From the NCBI RefSeq assembly GCF_947568905.1, contig NC_079166.1, positions 46,314,001-46,378,000 of the forward strand: DNA of 64,000 nt, written 5' to 3'. This document shows positions 1-11,426 of the stretch, piece after piece. Each line of letters opens with the position of its first letter. Position 1 is the first letter of the stretch. Origin of the DNA: Ostrea edulis. Lineage: Eukaryota. A program made the position numbers and the translations under genes. Under the pieces are notes generated by a model. That model searched no databases. It saw only the letters and a program-made list of their open reading frames with translations, and had not been told where the DNA came from.

Positions 1-573
1 AATGTAAGTTTATCAACGGCGCCTCACATATGGAACCCTGACGTGAAAAGATGAAAACGTTAACTATGATTTTAAAAATCCACCGGGCATCGTGTACAGC
101 GACAAGGAATAGGCCTGCATCAAATTCTTTTAAAATGAATACCAATGGACGTTTTCTTATCTGATTCTAGCGAAATTGCATTTATCTGAATCAAATAATT
201 TGACTCTAGAATTCTACTTACTTTACTTACCTTCTCTTTCATTGATTTATATAGTACGTTATTAATAACGGTCTATGAATATTTATTTGAAGAATTGAAA
301 GAAAATGATAATCTAAGACTTGATAATATATTAGATGCAAGGAAACCGATATCGATTAATAAGGAACCACTACATGCACAATGAAATTGAATGATCGCAT
401 AAAAGTTTCGATGTGAATGTCGTGGATTTTTTCTCTAAATATCAGCTTTATAATTTACCGCACTTTTGCAACTGTGACGTCATGCCGTCAACACGGCTCA
501 TATCTGAAAGCCTGTGGCAGCGATGATATTGGAGTTGTAGCGTAACGGAACATACTGAGCTGACCGGAGCTTG

Positions 574-3241
574 GGTGACGGGAAAGCTTACTAACCAAAT
601 TAATGATAAACAAGAAAATTCAGTGCCCCCAAAGATGAATCTAACATTCTGTAATCTCATATATCGCTGACATTTGGACAATATAAGTTTAGAGATGATA
701 ATTATGATAGCGAATTCAAAAGGTATTTGATTAATTTTTCATGATAAAATTCGTTTTTACAGTTATCCTCCCCCAGTAGAAAAAACAAACGTTAAACAAA
801 ACACGCACAAAATAATGATCCGGAGTACCGCGGTTTCATTCAGGCGAGTTCTCATCTCTGGTGTGTCGAGGGATCCGTGTTGGCTCTACTCTTAATTTTG
901 AATTATAAGATTTATTAGATTGATAACTGTAAGTTATCTTCACGTTTCATAAAATGTGATCTTCAACATCTTGAGACAAATACATGTGTAGCGGTAAAAA
1001 AAAAAAAAAAAAAAAAAAAAAAGCTTCTAATTTGTGATTGCAAAAATTGCAGCCACCGAGGGGCATTTGAAATGTAATGTACCTCAACAATATTTGAATT
1101 AGAATATCAGCAGAAAAACCAAGCCGTGCAGCGTGAAGTAGGGTATTTTTGAAGAATTATTGCATTTTCACTAAATGATCTATAACCCACATGAATTGTA
1201 ATCGTATAACAAGGTACTATATAATTCTTCCATGATTGAAATTACTCCCACTTCGGCAGTTAAAGATGGAATAAAATGCCCCAACTTGTTCTTTCTATTT
1301 TCTGGAACACCGGCTTCTTTATACCTTGTTTGATGTTAAACGATGAATTGCTTGAAAATGCATCCGTCAACCCGAAAGAAAGGGAGGCGAATTTCATTTA
1401 GTTGTGTAAACTTTCACAGGGGCCTAAGATGCTCGTCCATACTACCATATTTTTTTTTATAATAAAAGATCTATTCTTTTCGTTTTGCTTCGTTACATTT
1501 CGTTTCGATTTGGTTTCGTTTTATTCCGCTTTGGTAAGATTTGTTTCGATTTCATTTCACCATTTATAGGTACCCCAAATTGAATGTTTAAATTACAAAT
1601 TGCACTTTAGAGTCTTTTAACATTTTTTTCCATTTTGCTAATCAAATTTAAAACTCAAATAACAAACAACTAATGCATCAATTAATCGGAACTCCGGATC
1701 CTTGTGTGGCTTTGTATGAATTACAATGGAGACAGCCGACCGAGGATACCGATATTTGTACGAAATGGTGGCGCCCTCACGACTCACATAATATTCATAG
1801 AATGTATATTGAGATTATCTATGTTCTTTTGTCGATTTTATCATTTTTCTTTCACTTACGTGTTACCTTTAAAGCCTTGCTTCGCTGACGGGCCAAAATT
1901 TGCTCGGTATTGTCTGGATGTTACTGGACGCTAAAGCGTCAGAGAAATTTCATAGATATTATCTATAAAAGTAAGAGAATATTGTTGTTTCTAATCTACT
2001 GTAATTTACTGAATATGAGTACCACTTTGGGACACGTTAATGACCATTTCATTCTTTTCTCGGTCCAACGGTCACATCATTACACATTACAACTCGATTA
2101 TCGCATCGTTATGCATATTAGATCTCGATTAACGATAAATTCAATCCCTAATTATGTACGTATTACATTAATTTTGGAAATATTTTTTATAACGCAGTTC
2201 TAAATGAAAACCTTAATTCTGCAGAAATGTATGTGCAGTCTGAAAACCCTGATTAGAACAGACCGCGCTCTTGCGCGGCAGTAATAAGGTTTATGTGATA
2301 AAATGACTATTAGTCATGTATGTAGCATTAAAAACACGGTACCTGGACTATTGCCTTAGTGTTGGCGTAGTTCGGTCATCAACCTTAGTAGTTGTCTAGT
2401 TGACTTCCAAAACTTCATTGCCCATGCCTAGCTTGCTTCCAGACCTTCAATGCGCATTTCTGGTTACTAAAGTTCAACCATTCTGGCCAAGTTCGATCAT
2501 CAGCTGCAATAGTAACTAGAGTTGAACCAAAGTACGATCGAACTGCCTTTGGTTGAAACCGGAAGGGGTGTCACTCCACATGTTTGGTCTACCACACAGC
2601 AACATATGCTTACAAAGTGGTTGCCAGACATGCACACTGAAGGTCTGGAAAGAAGTTAGGCATGCGCAATGAAGTTTCGGAATTCGACTAGACAACTACT
2701 ATGGGTAATAATCGAACTACGCCCATTGCAAGCATAGGTTGCGATGTGGTAGACCAGACATGCGTAGTGACACTTCTTCCGGTTTCAACCGAAGGCAGTT
2801 CGATTATACTTTGGTTCAACTCTAGTTACTATAGTTGATGATCGAACCAGGCCCTAGTTGCATTCGGTCCCTCGTGGTATTTAGAGGGTTTGCAACTCTT
2901 TTTCAAGCGTCAGCTTTTATAAAGTTGAAAGAAAAGAAATTTTTGAATGAAGACCGTGACAGCGAAAACAAACAGACAGTCATCCAAAAGAACTTGGTGT
3001 GCCACCTTTGTGACTTTCAATATCCAAAGATGACAAATGATTGAGAGAGAGAGGGGGGGGGGGGGGCATTTAATAGGAGTGTAGAGAAAGTCTCACGCGT
3101 TATTCACTTTGAATTAATTTGCATGATTAGCATCACATTATCATTTATTACACCGTGCTAAAACACTTATTTCATAATATGTATGTTAACCTTATATTCA
3201 TAACTCCTCGGTAGTATAGTGGTAAGTATCCCCGCCTGTCA
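574..3241 (+). repeat. Local segmental duplication, copy 1 (ends inside tRNA-Asp)
   Basis: Begins ggtgacgggaaagcttactaaccaaatt, as does 5765, and is colinear with 5765-10497 through to the tRNA 5' half. Many substitutions and indels, so not a very recent duplication. Confidence 0.95.
2364..2847. repeat. Interleaved inverted repeats A-B-A'-B'
   Basis: 2364-2464 is the imperfect reverse complement of 2623-2723, and 2491-2615 is the imperfect reverse complement of 2726-2847. Confidence 0.8.
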
Positions 3242-3276
3242 CGCGGGAGACCGGGGTTCAATTCCCCGCCGGGGAG
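3205..3276 (+). tRNA. trnD-GTC: tRNA-Asp(GTC), intact
   Basis: 72-nt TCCTCGGTAGTATAGTGGTAAGTATCCCCGCCTGTCACGCGGGAGACCGGGGTTCAATTCCCCGCCGGGGAG, a near match to canonical metazoan tRNA-Asp. Anticodon GTC at 3238-3240, A and B boxes present, Pol III terminator TTTTT at 3283-3287. Confidence 0.97.
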
Positions 3277-3460
3277 GAGAAATTTTTGCGGTCTTCTTAT
3301 ATGTTATAACAAAGGAAATGAACGTCAAAAAATTTCGTCTTCGTTTTTAAGCTGTTTCAATGTATATATAATACTGAAACAGCTTAAAAACGAAGACGAA
3401 ATTTTTTTGACGTTCATTTCCTTTGTTATAACATATAAGAAGACCGCAAAAATTTCTCCT
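3275..3460. repeat. Near-perfect 186-bp foldback palindrome
   Basis: Arms 3275-3359 and 3375-3460 are reverse complements apart from one extra T in a homopolymer run; 15-nt loop. Confidence 0.95.
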
Positions 3461-4419
3461 ACATGTACTTCATACTGACAGTCAGATCGAGACACGGTAA
3501 ATATCAGTATATTCACTAATTGAGAGAGCCATTTTACAACAAATTTCGATATCATATCTGAGATAAAATGGTAAGTTTTCAGCCAACGGTTTTTTCATAA
3601 AAATACCCGAACTTATGGGGTTTTTTTTCCATTAATTCTTTTATTTTTACTATGAATGAAAAAGTGACTTTACAAGAATTTTGTCTAAAGAAAGGTACAT
3701 GCTTCTGAAAATGATGTTTTAGGTCTGAACATGTTTTGTTACTTGACATACTAGTAGTATCGATCTCGTTAGTGAGTTACTGAATATGCATGCTAACTGA
3801 ATGCACGACCATTGATTTGTCTACAAAAACATGATACTATTATAATACACGTATCAACACTTTGTCGCAAGTTACGTCCCTTGTCCGCCATTTTGCAGTG
3901 AAAAACTCGCCTTTGTAATTTTCTGATCTGTACCTTTTGATGTTGCTTTTTTTCATCAATTCCAATCAACTACAAAATAATGTCTCAGGGTTGAGCAAAC
4001 CATAATCTTCTATCAAAACGTAATGCTTTGCTTTAACTTCCAGTTGTAATCTTTTACAAAGAAGGAAAACTTTTTACCGATTGACCTTTGCTTAACTCTG
4101 CAAAGGGACGTAACTTACGGTAAGAAAAGTTTCGCTTCTCTCGTGAACTCACTCTTTCTCCCTCCTAAAAGATTAATGACAATAGTTAGTCTGTTTTGTG
4201 GAGCACTGACCTTAGACAGCATTGTATCACTTATATATATATATATACATAATAAAAGTTCCCTTTTGTTTATACCAACTGGTATATATATATATTAAGC
4301 TTTTTCTTCCATAGATTTTCTCTATATTTCCGGTAAATATCGCTCTTGTACAGTTTTTCAAAAATTACACATAATTTGTGCCAATAGTATACATCCCAAT
4401 ATTCAACTCGACTTACGTT

Positions 4420-5368
4420 TTTTCAAAAATCAAAATAGAGTTTCTTGATGTTTTAATTTCTTTTGATAGCGGATTCCTTTCAACAGACGTTTACTGCAAA
4501 ACCTACCGACAAGCATATGTATCTCAACAAAGCCTCCAGCCATCCCGAATCCACCAAAAGCGCGATTCCATTCAGTCTTGGCCTACGAGCACGCCGAATA
4601 TGCTCCACCGATAGACAGTAAATAAAAACAAATTTAAAGAAACGCGATTACTCAAACAAAGAAGTGGAAAAACAACTTTTAAAAGTAGATAAACTAAATC
4701 GTTCAGATCTGCTGAAATACAATAAAAAGAAACAATGTGATCGTGTTCCCTTAGTACTTACCTATTCAAAAGGACTTCCAAATATTCACAACATCTTAAA
4801 GAAGCGTCACCAAATCCTGGAAAATTCTGATCGTCTAAAAGACGCGTTTAAATCCAAACCTATTGTTGCCTTTAGAAGAGACAAAAATCTGAAAGACATT
4901 CTAGTTCATAAAAAACATAATAATTTATTTTTTAAGAAAGGAAATCTGTGCGAGCCGTGTGGTGCTAAGAAGTGTATTCTTTGTAAATATGTTGTCAAAA
5001 CAAGCCAGTTTGAGGATGATAATGGAAACAATTATCACATCAAAAATTATATTAATTGTAAATCATGCAATGTAGTGTATGGAGTTTTTTGTAAAAAATG
5101 TAACAAGATTGTGTATGTGGGAGAAACTGGTGGGACTTTATATCAGAGACATGTCTTGAATTTATCACTCATCAGAAGGGAAACTAATGACCCTGTGGCT
5201 GTTCATTTTTATTCCGATTTTCACACCATAGATGATTATAGCATAATAGGCATTGAAAAACTGTACAAGAGCGATATTTACCAGAAATATAGAGAAAATC
5301 TATGGAAGAAGAAGCTTAATACATATATACCAGTTGGTATAAACAAAAGGGAACATTACTGTCTATAA
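4420..5368 (+). pseudogene. Penelope RT C-terminus (frameshifted) plus GIY-YIG endonuclease
   Basis: FLDVLI...LSTDVYCK (RT thumb region) upstream of ORF 4664-5368, which contains VPLVLTY, CxxCxxxxCxxC and VYGVFCKKCNKIVYVGETG (GIY-YIG of PLEs). Confidence 0.88.
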
Positions 5369-5644
5369 ACTATCTTAATGAACATTTTTGGGTGTAGTAT
5401 ATGTGTACTATCTTTTTTTTTTTTTTAAATTTTAAAACATATATGTTTATGTATATGCAAGAATTTACTTTACACCAATTAGAGTGCACTTACAGGTATG
5501 ATTTAAAAAGTTATTACAGTAGCTCTCGCAATTTTTCAGATGTTTTTGGCGCAATTTTGATACATGACGTTGCCTTTCAGATGTATGTACATTGTGACGT
5601 CATAATACGTTGTTCAACGTTAGTTGCTATGCATTTTTTATAAA

Positions 5645-5697
5645 TAAACACGACTGATGAAGGCTGGTGAAACGGCTGAAATATTTCGAAAAGTGTT
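5645..5697 (+). ncRNA. Degenerate minimal type I hammerhead ribozyme-like motif in the Penelope 3' region
   Basis: CTGATGA (5654-5660), stem II ggctg/cggct with wobbles, then GAAA within the palindromic GAAATATTTC (5678-5687). Flanks aaacac/gtgttt can form stem I. Minimal hammerheads are an established feature of PLE terminal repeats. Confidence 0.55.
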
Positions 5698-7909
5698 TTA
5701 ATGTTTTTTTAGTATTCTTACAAAATAGAGACTTTGGATATATTTATACATATATATATATATCGGTGACGGGAAAGCTTACTAACCAAATTAATGATAA
5801 ACAAGAAAATTCAGTGCCCTCAAAGATGAATCTAACATTCTGTAATCTCATATTTCGCTGGCATTTGGACAATACAAGTTTAGAGATGCTATGATAGCAA
5901 ATTCAAGTGGTGTTTAGTTAATTTTTCATAATAAAATTCGTTTTTTCAGTTATCCCCCAATAGAAAATAACGTTAAACAAAACACGCACAAAATAATGAT
6001 CCGGAGTACCGCGGGTTCATTCAGGCGAGTTCCCATCTCTGGTGTGTCGAGGGATCCGTGTTGGCTCTACTCTTAATTTTGAATTATAAGATTGATAACT
6101 GTAACTTATTCACACGTTTCATAACATGTGATCTTCAACATCTTGAGACAAATACATACATAATGTATGTAGCGTTAAAAAAAAAAGCTTCTAATTTGTG
6201 ATTGCAAAAACTGCAGCCACCGAGAGGCATTTGAAATGTAATGTACCTTAACAGTATTGGAATATCATCAGAAAAATATAGCAGTGCAGCGTGAAGTAGG
6301 AGATTTTTCAAGAATTATTGCCATTTTACTATATGATCTATAACGCCACATGAATTGTATTCGTATATTACGGTACTACATGTATATATATTTTGCATGA
6401 TTGAAATTACTAAATAAAATGCCCCAACTTGTTCTTTCTATTTTCTTAGACACCGGCTTCTTTATACCTTGTTTGATGTTAAACGATGAATTGCTTGAAA
6501 ATGCATCTGTCAACCTGAAAGACCACATCAAAAGGGAGACGAATTTCAATTAGATGTGAAAACTTTCACAGGGGCCTGAGATGCTCGTCCATACTACCAT
6601 TTTTTATTTTTATGATTAAAGAGTTTGGTTATACAATCTGTTTCTTTTCGTTCTGCTTCGTTACAATTCGTTTCGATTTGGTTTCGTTTTATTCCGTTTG
6701 GGTAAGATTTGTTTCGATTGTGTTTCGCCACTTACAGGTACCCCGGATTAAATGTTTAAATTATAAATTGCATGTTAGAGTGTTGTTGTTTGTTGGTTTT
6801 GTTACAACTAATGCATCAATTAATCGGAACTCCGTGTGGGGCTTTGTATGAATTACAATGGAGACAGCCGACCGAGGATACCGATATTTGTACGAAATGG
6901 TGGTGCCCACACGACTCGCATAATTTTCATAGAACGTATGTTGAGATTATCTATATTCTTTTGCCGATTTTATCATTTTTCTTTCACTTACGTGTTACCT
7001 TTAGATCCTTGCTTCGTGGACGGGTCAAACTTAATTTCTGTGAAAACGAGGAGGTTATTTATATTCGGTCTTTCTGGGAGATAGGAAAGACCGAATATAA
7101 ACTACCCCCTCGTTTCCACAGAAATTAGGTCAAACTTTGCTTGGTATGACCTGGATGTTACTGGGCGCTAAAGCGTCAGAGAAATTTCATAAATACTATC
7201 TATAAAAGTAAGAGAATGTTGCTGTTTCTAATCTACTGTAATTTACTGAATATGAGTACCACTTTGGGACACGCCAATGACCATTTCATTCTTAGCTCGG
7301 TTCAACGGTCACATCGTTACATATTACAACTCGATTATCACATCTTTATACATAATTAACGATAAATTCAATCCCCAATTAAGTACGTATTACATTAATT
7401 TTGTCTATGGAAATATTTTCACGTCATGTTCACGTCAATCACGCAGTTCTAAATGAAAACCTTAATTCTGCAGAAATGCATGTACAGTTTGAAAACCCGT
7501 ATCAGAACAGACCGCGCTATTGCGCGGCCGTAATAAGGTTTATGCGATAAAATGACTATCAGCCATGTATGTAGCATTAAGAACACGCTACCTGAACTAT
7601 TGCTTTAGTGTTGTGCATGTCTGGTTACTAAAGTTCAACCATCCTGGCTTGGTTCGATCATCAACTGTAATTTTGTAACTAGAGTTGAACCCAAGTACGA
7701 TCGAACTGCCTTTGGTTGAAACCGGAAGGGGTGACACTGTGTTTGTCTGGTCTACCATACAGCAACCTATGCTTACAGAGTGGTTGAAAGTTAGTAACCA
7801 GACATTGCGCACTGAAGGTCTGGAAGCAAGTTAGGCATACCAGGTCCCTGGGCATACGCAATGAAGTTTCGGAAATCGACTACATAAGTACTATGGTTGA
7901 TGATCGAAC

Positions 7910-9942
7910 ACTTACTTTGTTTCAACTTTTTTTTTTTTTTTTTTAATTTTTCGAAGTCATAATTATAAATATCATATACAACGTTGATGTAGATATTCCG
8001 GATTTTCGTAATGCTTGCTTGTACGAGTTGTCATTCGTGCGGGACGGTATGTACCCAAAGTTTGGTTGGTTTATATATATATATGCATGTGTTAAATACT
8101 ATGGATAACAACGATTCGCCGGCTAACCGATTATTCGGTTGAAAAAAAAAACTAACTGATTAGAAAATTTGTAACTGATTGGCCGGGTTATTTGTAGTAA
8201 AGTAATACTGTCATGCCTGTATTACAAGTATTTAAAAAAAAAAAGAGGGGGGGTCGTAATATTCAAAAGTCTAGGTGATGTTTAAATATTAACTTTTTAA
8301 ATGACTGATCAGATTCAATAATATTCAAAGTAAAATTTCATACCGATATTTATATTCCATTTTGTAGGTAAACCCTTTTTGAGAGTTCCCAGTCAGGCTC
8401 AATAATGCTTGCGTAAAATAACTGGCCTACCCGGCAAGCAGTACTAGTATCACACTGATAAATTCAACGCTGTCAGCATGATTTCCAGATGGATTTTATA
8501 ATGAGTTCAATGAATCGTACCATTACATAATGCATGGCAATAAAGACATACATCTACATTTCTGTGGCAATGAGGACATACATGTACATTTCCGGTCAGA
8601 GAAACATATATTATTATACATTGTACAAAGTTTGAGGAAGAAAATAAAAATGGAGGGGGGACGCCTAAAATCATGGAGGTCAGACTAAATCATATTTCAA
8701 ATAAAATTTCTGAGTTACTTCTCAATGTTTCACGCATAGTAATACTTAAACGAGAAAGAGGTGAAATGTCAGCTGTGTAGAACGGACTCGCACGTCGAAG
8801 ACAATAGAATTATTTCTTTAACATAGACTTGAAGCCAAATATTGTAATAAAAATAATTATATGATGCACCGTTCTGGCGTGGCTTTGCAAAAAGTGAACA
8901 TTTTGAATTTCTACAAATATCCCTACTTTCATGCAGTTTTTGTTCATGTTTTTACTTATCGAAGCACTCTTCATACTGTTATTTAGTGAATTTAAAAAAA
9001 ATCTGAAGCTAAAATGAAATAAAATAATACAGTATTTGAGAATTATAAGTTTTAACGATTAACTGGTTAATTAGATCTACATGTAATCGGTCAAAAGAAT
9101 TTTAAAACATGACTATTTTCACCCCAGGGCATTGTCATCCCTACTAACTAAATATTACTGCTCTGTTCACAAACAAGATCTTCAGTGTTTGCACCTCTGG
9201 TGTGTTTGCTAAACACTTTCTTTTGTATTCTTTATAGAATCGATGACTATATTCGTTCGTTATATATTTACTTTTTCATACTGCTTACAATTTGTATTGG
9301 GGGGGGGGGGGGGGGGGGGGGCTAGTGGAGAAGTCTGCCTATAAAATAAGATTACTAGTGGGAGAACATGTTATGATTTTTTATTACAGTTTATTTTATT
9401 TCAGGTTTTGTTTTTTATATATTATATTATTGTACAATTTCGACCTCCGATATTTAATTTAAGACCTCAGCTGTACGCAAAATAATCATGCGCCGCAAAT
9501 CGAAGGTTATCATAAGGGATGGATCTGACTCAGTAAATGCATTCGATTTCCTGGGCCAATCTGAATACAAATTCTTTATATCTTTAATATCTGATGTGTT
9601 TATCTGTTAGAATGGAACCAATCTCCGAGTCCCGCATATGTTTTGCAACTTTGAGTTTGTTGCTATTTTAAATGACTTACTCGAGGAAATATTTGGATTT
9701 GCAATGTTTGGAAATCTGTGATGTACATGTATTCAATGGCAGTGTTAGGAGATAATGGCTAGGCTGTAATGTATTTTAAAATAAGCATGTAATTATATAA
9801 ATGTTTGTATTTGGGTGCTTTGTATACTCTTTACCGGAAGTTCATATATACCGTCCCACACGAACGATAATTCCTATATGCAAACATTACGATAAGAGGC
9901 AATATCAACAGTAGAATAACATAGAAATTACTCAACTTTAGT
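7910..9942. mobile_element. Composite non-coding insertion (probably nested non-autonomous DNA transposons)
   Basis: Absent from copy 1. Flanked by a 21-bp imperfect direct repeat (7889-7909 and 9943-9963). Diverged inverted repeats near 8008-8055 and 9847-9891. An internal ...gtcatcccta end near 9143 resembles hAT TAGGGATG termini. Confidence 0.55.
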
Positions 9943-10460
9943 TACTATAGTTTATGATCGAACTACGCCCATTGTAAGCATAGGTTGTTGTGTGGTAGAC
10001 CATACATGCGCAGTGACACCTCTTCTGGTTTCAACCGAAGGCAGTTCGATCGTTCTTTGGTTCAACTCTAGCTACTATAGTTGATGATCGAACCACACCT
10101 AGTTAGTTGCATTCGGTCCGCCATGGTCTTTAGAACATTTGTAAGTCTGTTTCAAGCGTCAGCTTTTGTAAAGTTGAAAGAAAAGAAATTTTTGAATGAA
10201 GACCGTGACAGCGAAAACACACAGACAGTCGTCCAAAAGTACTTGGTATGCCACCTTTGTGTCTTTCAATATCCAAAGGTGACAAATGATTGAGAGAGAG
10301 AAAGAGAGAGAGAGAGACATAGGCATCTAATAGGAGTGTAGAGAAATTTCACGTGTTATTCACTTTGAATTAATTTGCATGATTATCATCACATTATCAT
10401 TTATTACACCGTACTAAAACACTGATTCTATTATTTGTATGTTAACCCTATATTCATAAC

Positions 10461-10497
10461 TCCTCGGTAGTATAGTGGTAAGTATCCCCGCCTGTCA
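10461..10497 (+). pseudogene. 5' half of tRNA-Asp(GTC), broken just after A37
   Basis: Identical to 3205-3241; sequence then switches to LINE ORF1. I found no 3' half elsewhere in the window. Confidence 0.93.
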
Positions 10498-10978
10498 GGG
10501 ACACTATGCAAAAGCATGTAAATCTACCAGATGTAAACAGTGTGAGGAATGGGAACACAGATGTTCGTGCCGGGTGAGTGACCACGGAGACAACGAAATG
10601 AGTGAAGGTGAAATAGATGCATGTGAGGTGAATAACGGGGACGACAATGATGTACACAGCGACGGAGACGCGGAGGCACCAGAAGGGGACCAGGAAATCG
10701 GTGAGCCGATAAAACAGGCCAAAGAAGATGAACAAGGTGTAGTGAAAAAAGACACAGATGAAACAGGGACCAGTGATCAGAATGAAAATGGTGATAACAA
10801 AGAAAAGGAAGAAACAACAACTGAAAACGAACCACCGGATATTACAGATACCGAAATGTGCGATTGTGAAGAGTCTTCAACCGTAGAATCGGAACTTGAT
10901 ACAGAAGTGACCGTGAAAAACGCCAAGAAGAGGAAAAGTAAAGTGAAAAATAAGAGCAAAGTAAAGAAGAACAAATAA
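10498..10978 (+). pseudogene. LINE ORF1 C-terminal part
   Basis: GHYAKAC...CKQCEEWEHRCSC resembles CCHC knuckles, followed by an E/D-rich stretch and KKRKSKVKNKSKVKKNK. Confidence 0.75.
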
Positions 10979-11390
10979 AATGGAAAGCATCATTAACTTT
11001 TTCATTTTTACAATGGTTTTTATAACCTCGTGGAATTGTAACGGTTTGTGTGACGTTGATAAAATGAAAATGGTATTTAGCTTATTTGATGATAGAAAAT
11101 ATGACATTGTAGCTTTACAGGAAACCCATTGGAAAGACAATTTTATTGACAATTATAAACACTTATGGAATGGTGTTATATATTATGATAGTACAAATAT
11201 GTCCTCCAAAGGTGTAGCATTTTTAGTTAAGAATAATATCAAAACAAACATAGAAAAGGTAAAAGGGTTTGATGGGAGGTATTTACATATCAAATACAAA
11301 GAAAATGATAACAATTATGACATAATAAATGTATATGCGCCAAATGATGTAAAGGAAAGGGTATTGTTTTTTAATAATATTATGGAAATA
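10498..11390 (+). mobile_element. L1/Tx1-type non-LTR retrotransposon fragment, truncated at both ends
   Basis: End of ORF1 (zinc knuckle remnants, acidic then Lys-rich tail) followed after a 1-nt gap by ORF2 starting with an APE endonuclease. The 3' limit is approximate. Confidence 0.85.
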
Positions 11391-11426
11391 ATGCCACACT
11401 ATCTATGTCTGCAAGAGTATTATTAA
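10980..11426 (+). pseudogene. LINE ORF2 N-terminus, APE-like endonuclease (truncated)
   Basis: Motifs SWNCNGL, DIVALQETH, SKGVAFLV, GRY and INVYAPN; homology is lost after ERVLFFNNI. Confidence 0.9.

Larger units (their letters stand above)
4258..5764 (+). mobile_element. 5'-truncated Penelope-like retroelement with inverted 5' tail
   Basis: GIY-YIG ORF; 4258-4361 is the reverse complement of 5253-5354 (inverted partial terminal repeat typical of PLEs); 3' end in a (TA)n run. Confidence 0.88.
5765..10497 (+). repeat. Local segmental duplication, copy 2, with a 2-kb insertion
   Basis: Colinear with 574-3241 except for 7910-9942 and smaller indels; ends in the 5' half of tRNA-Asp. Confidence 0.95.

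Noticed and set aside
1673-1934. ORFs repeated at 6772-7128, and 2835-3044 repeated at 10081-10293, as a gene family
   Set aside because: Similarity is due to the DNA duplication; frames and stops are not conserved between copies and there are no domains.
10475-10497. N-terminus MVSIPAC of the 167-aa ORF
   Set aside because: It is tRNA sequence read in frame by chance; the real ORF1 start is missing.
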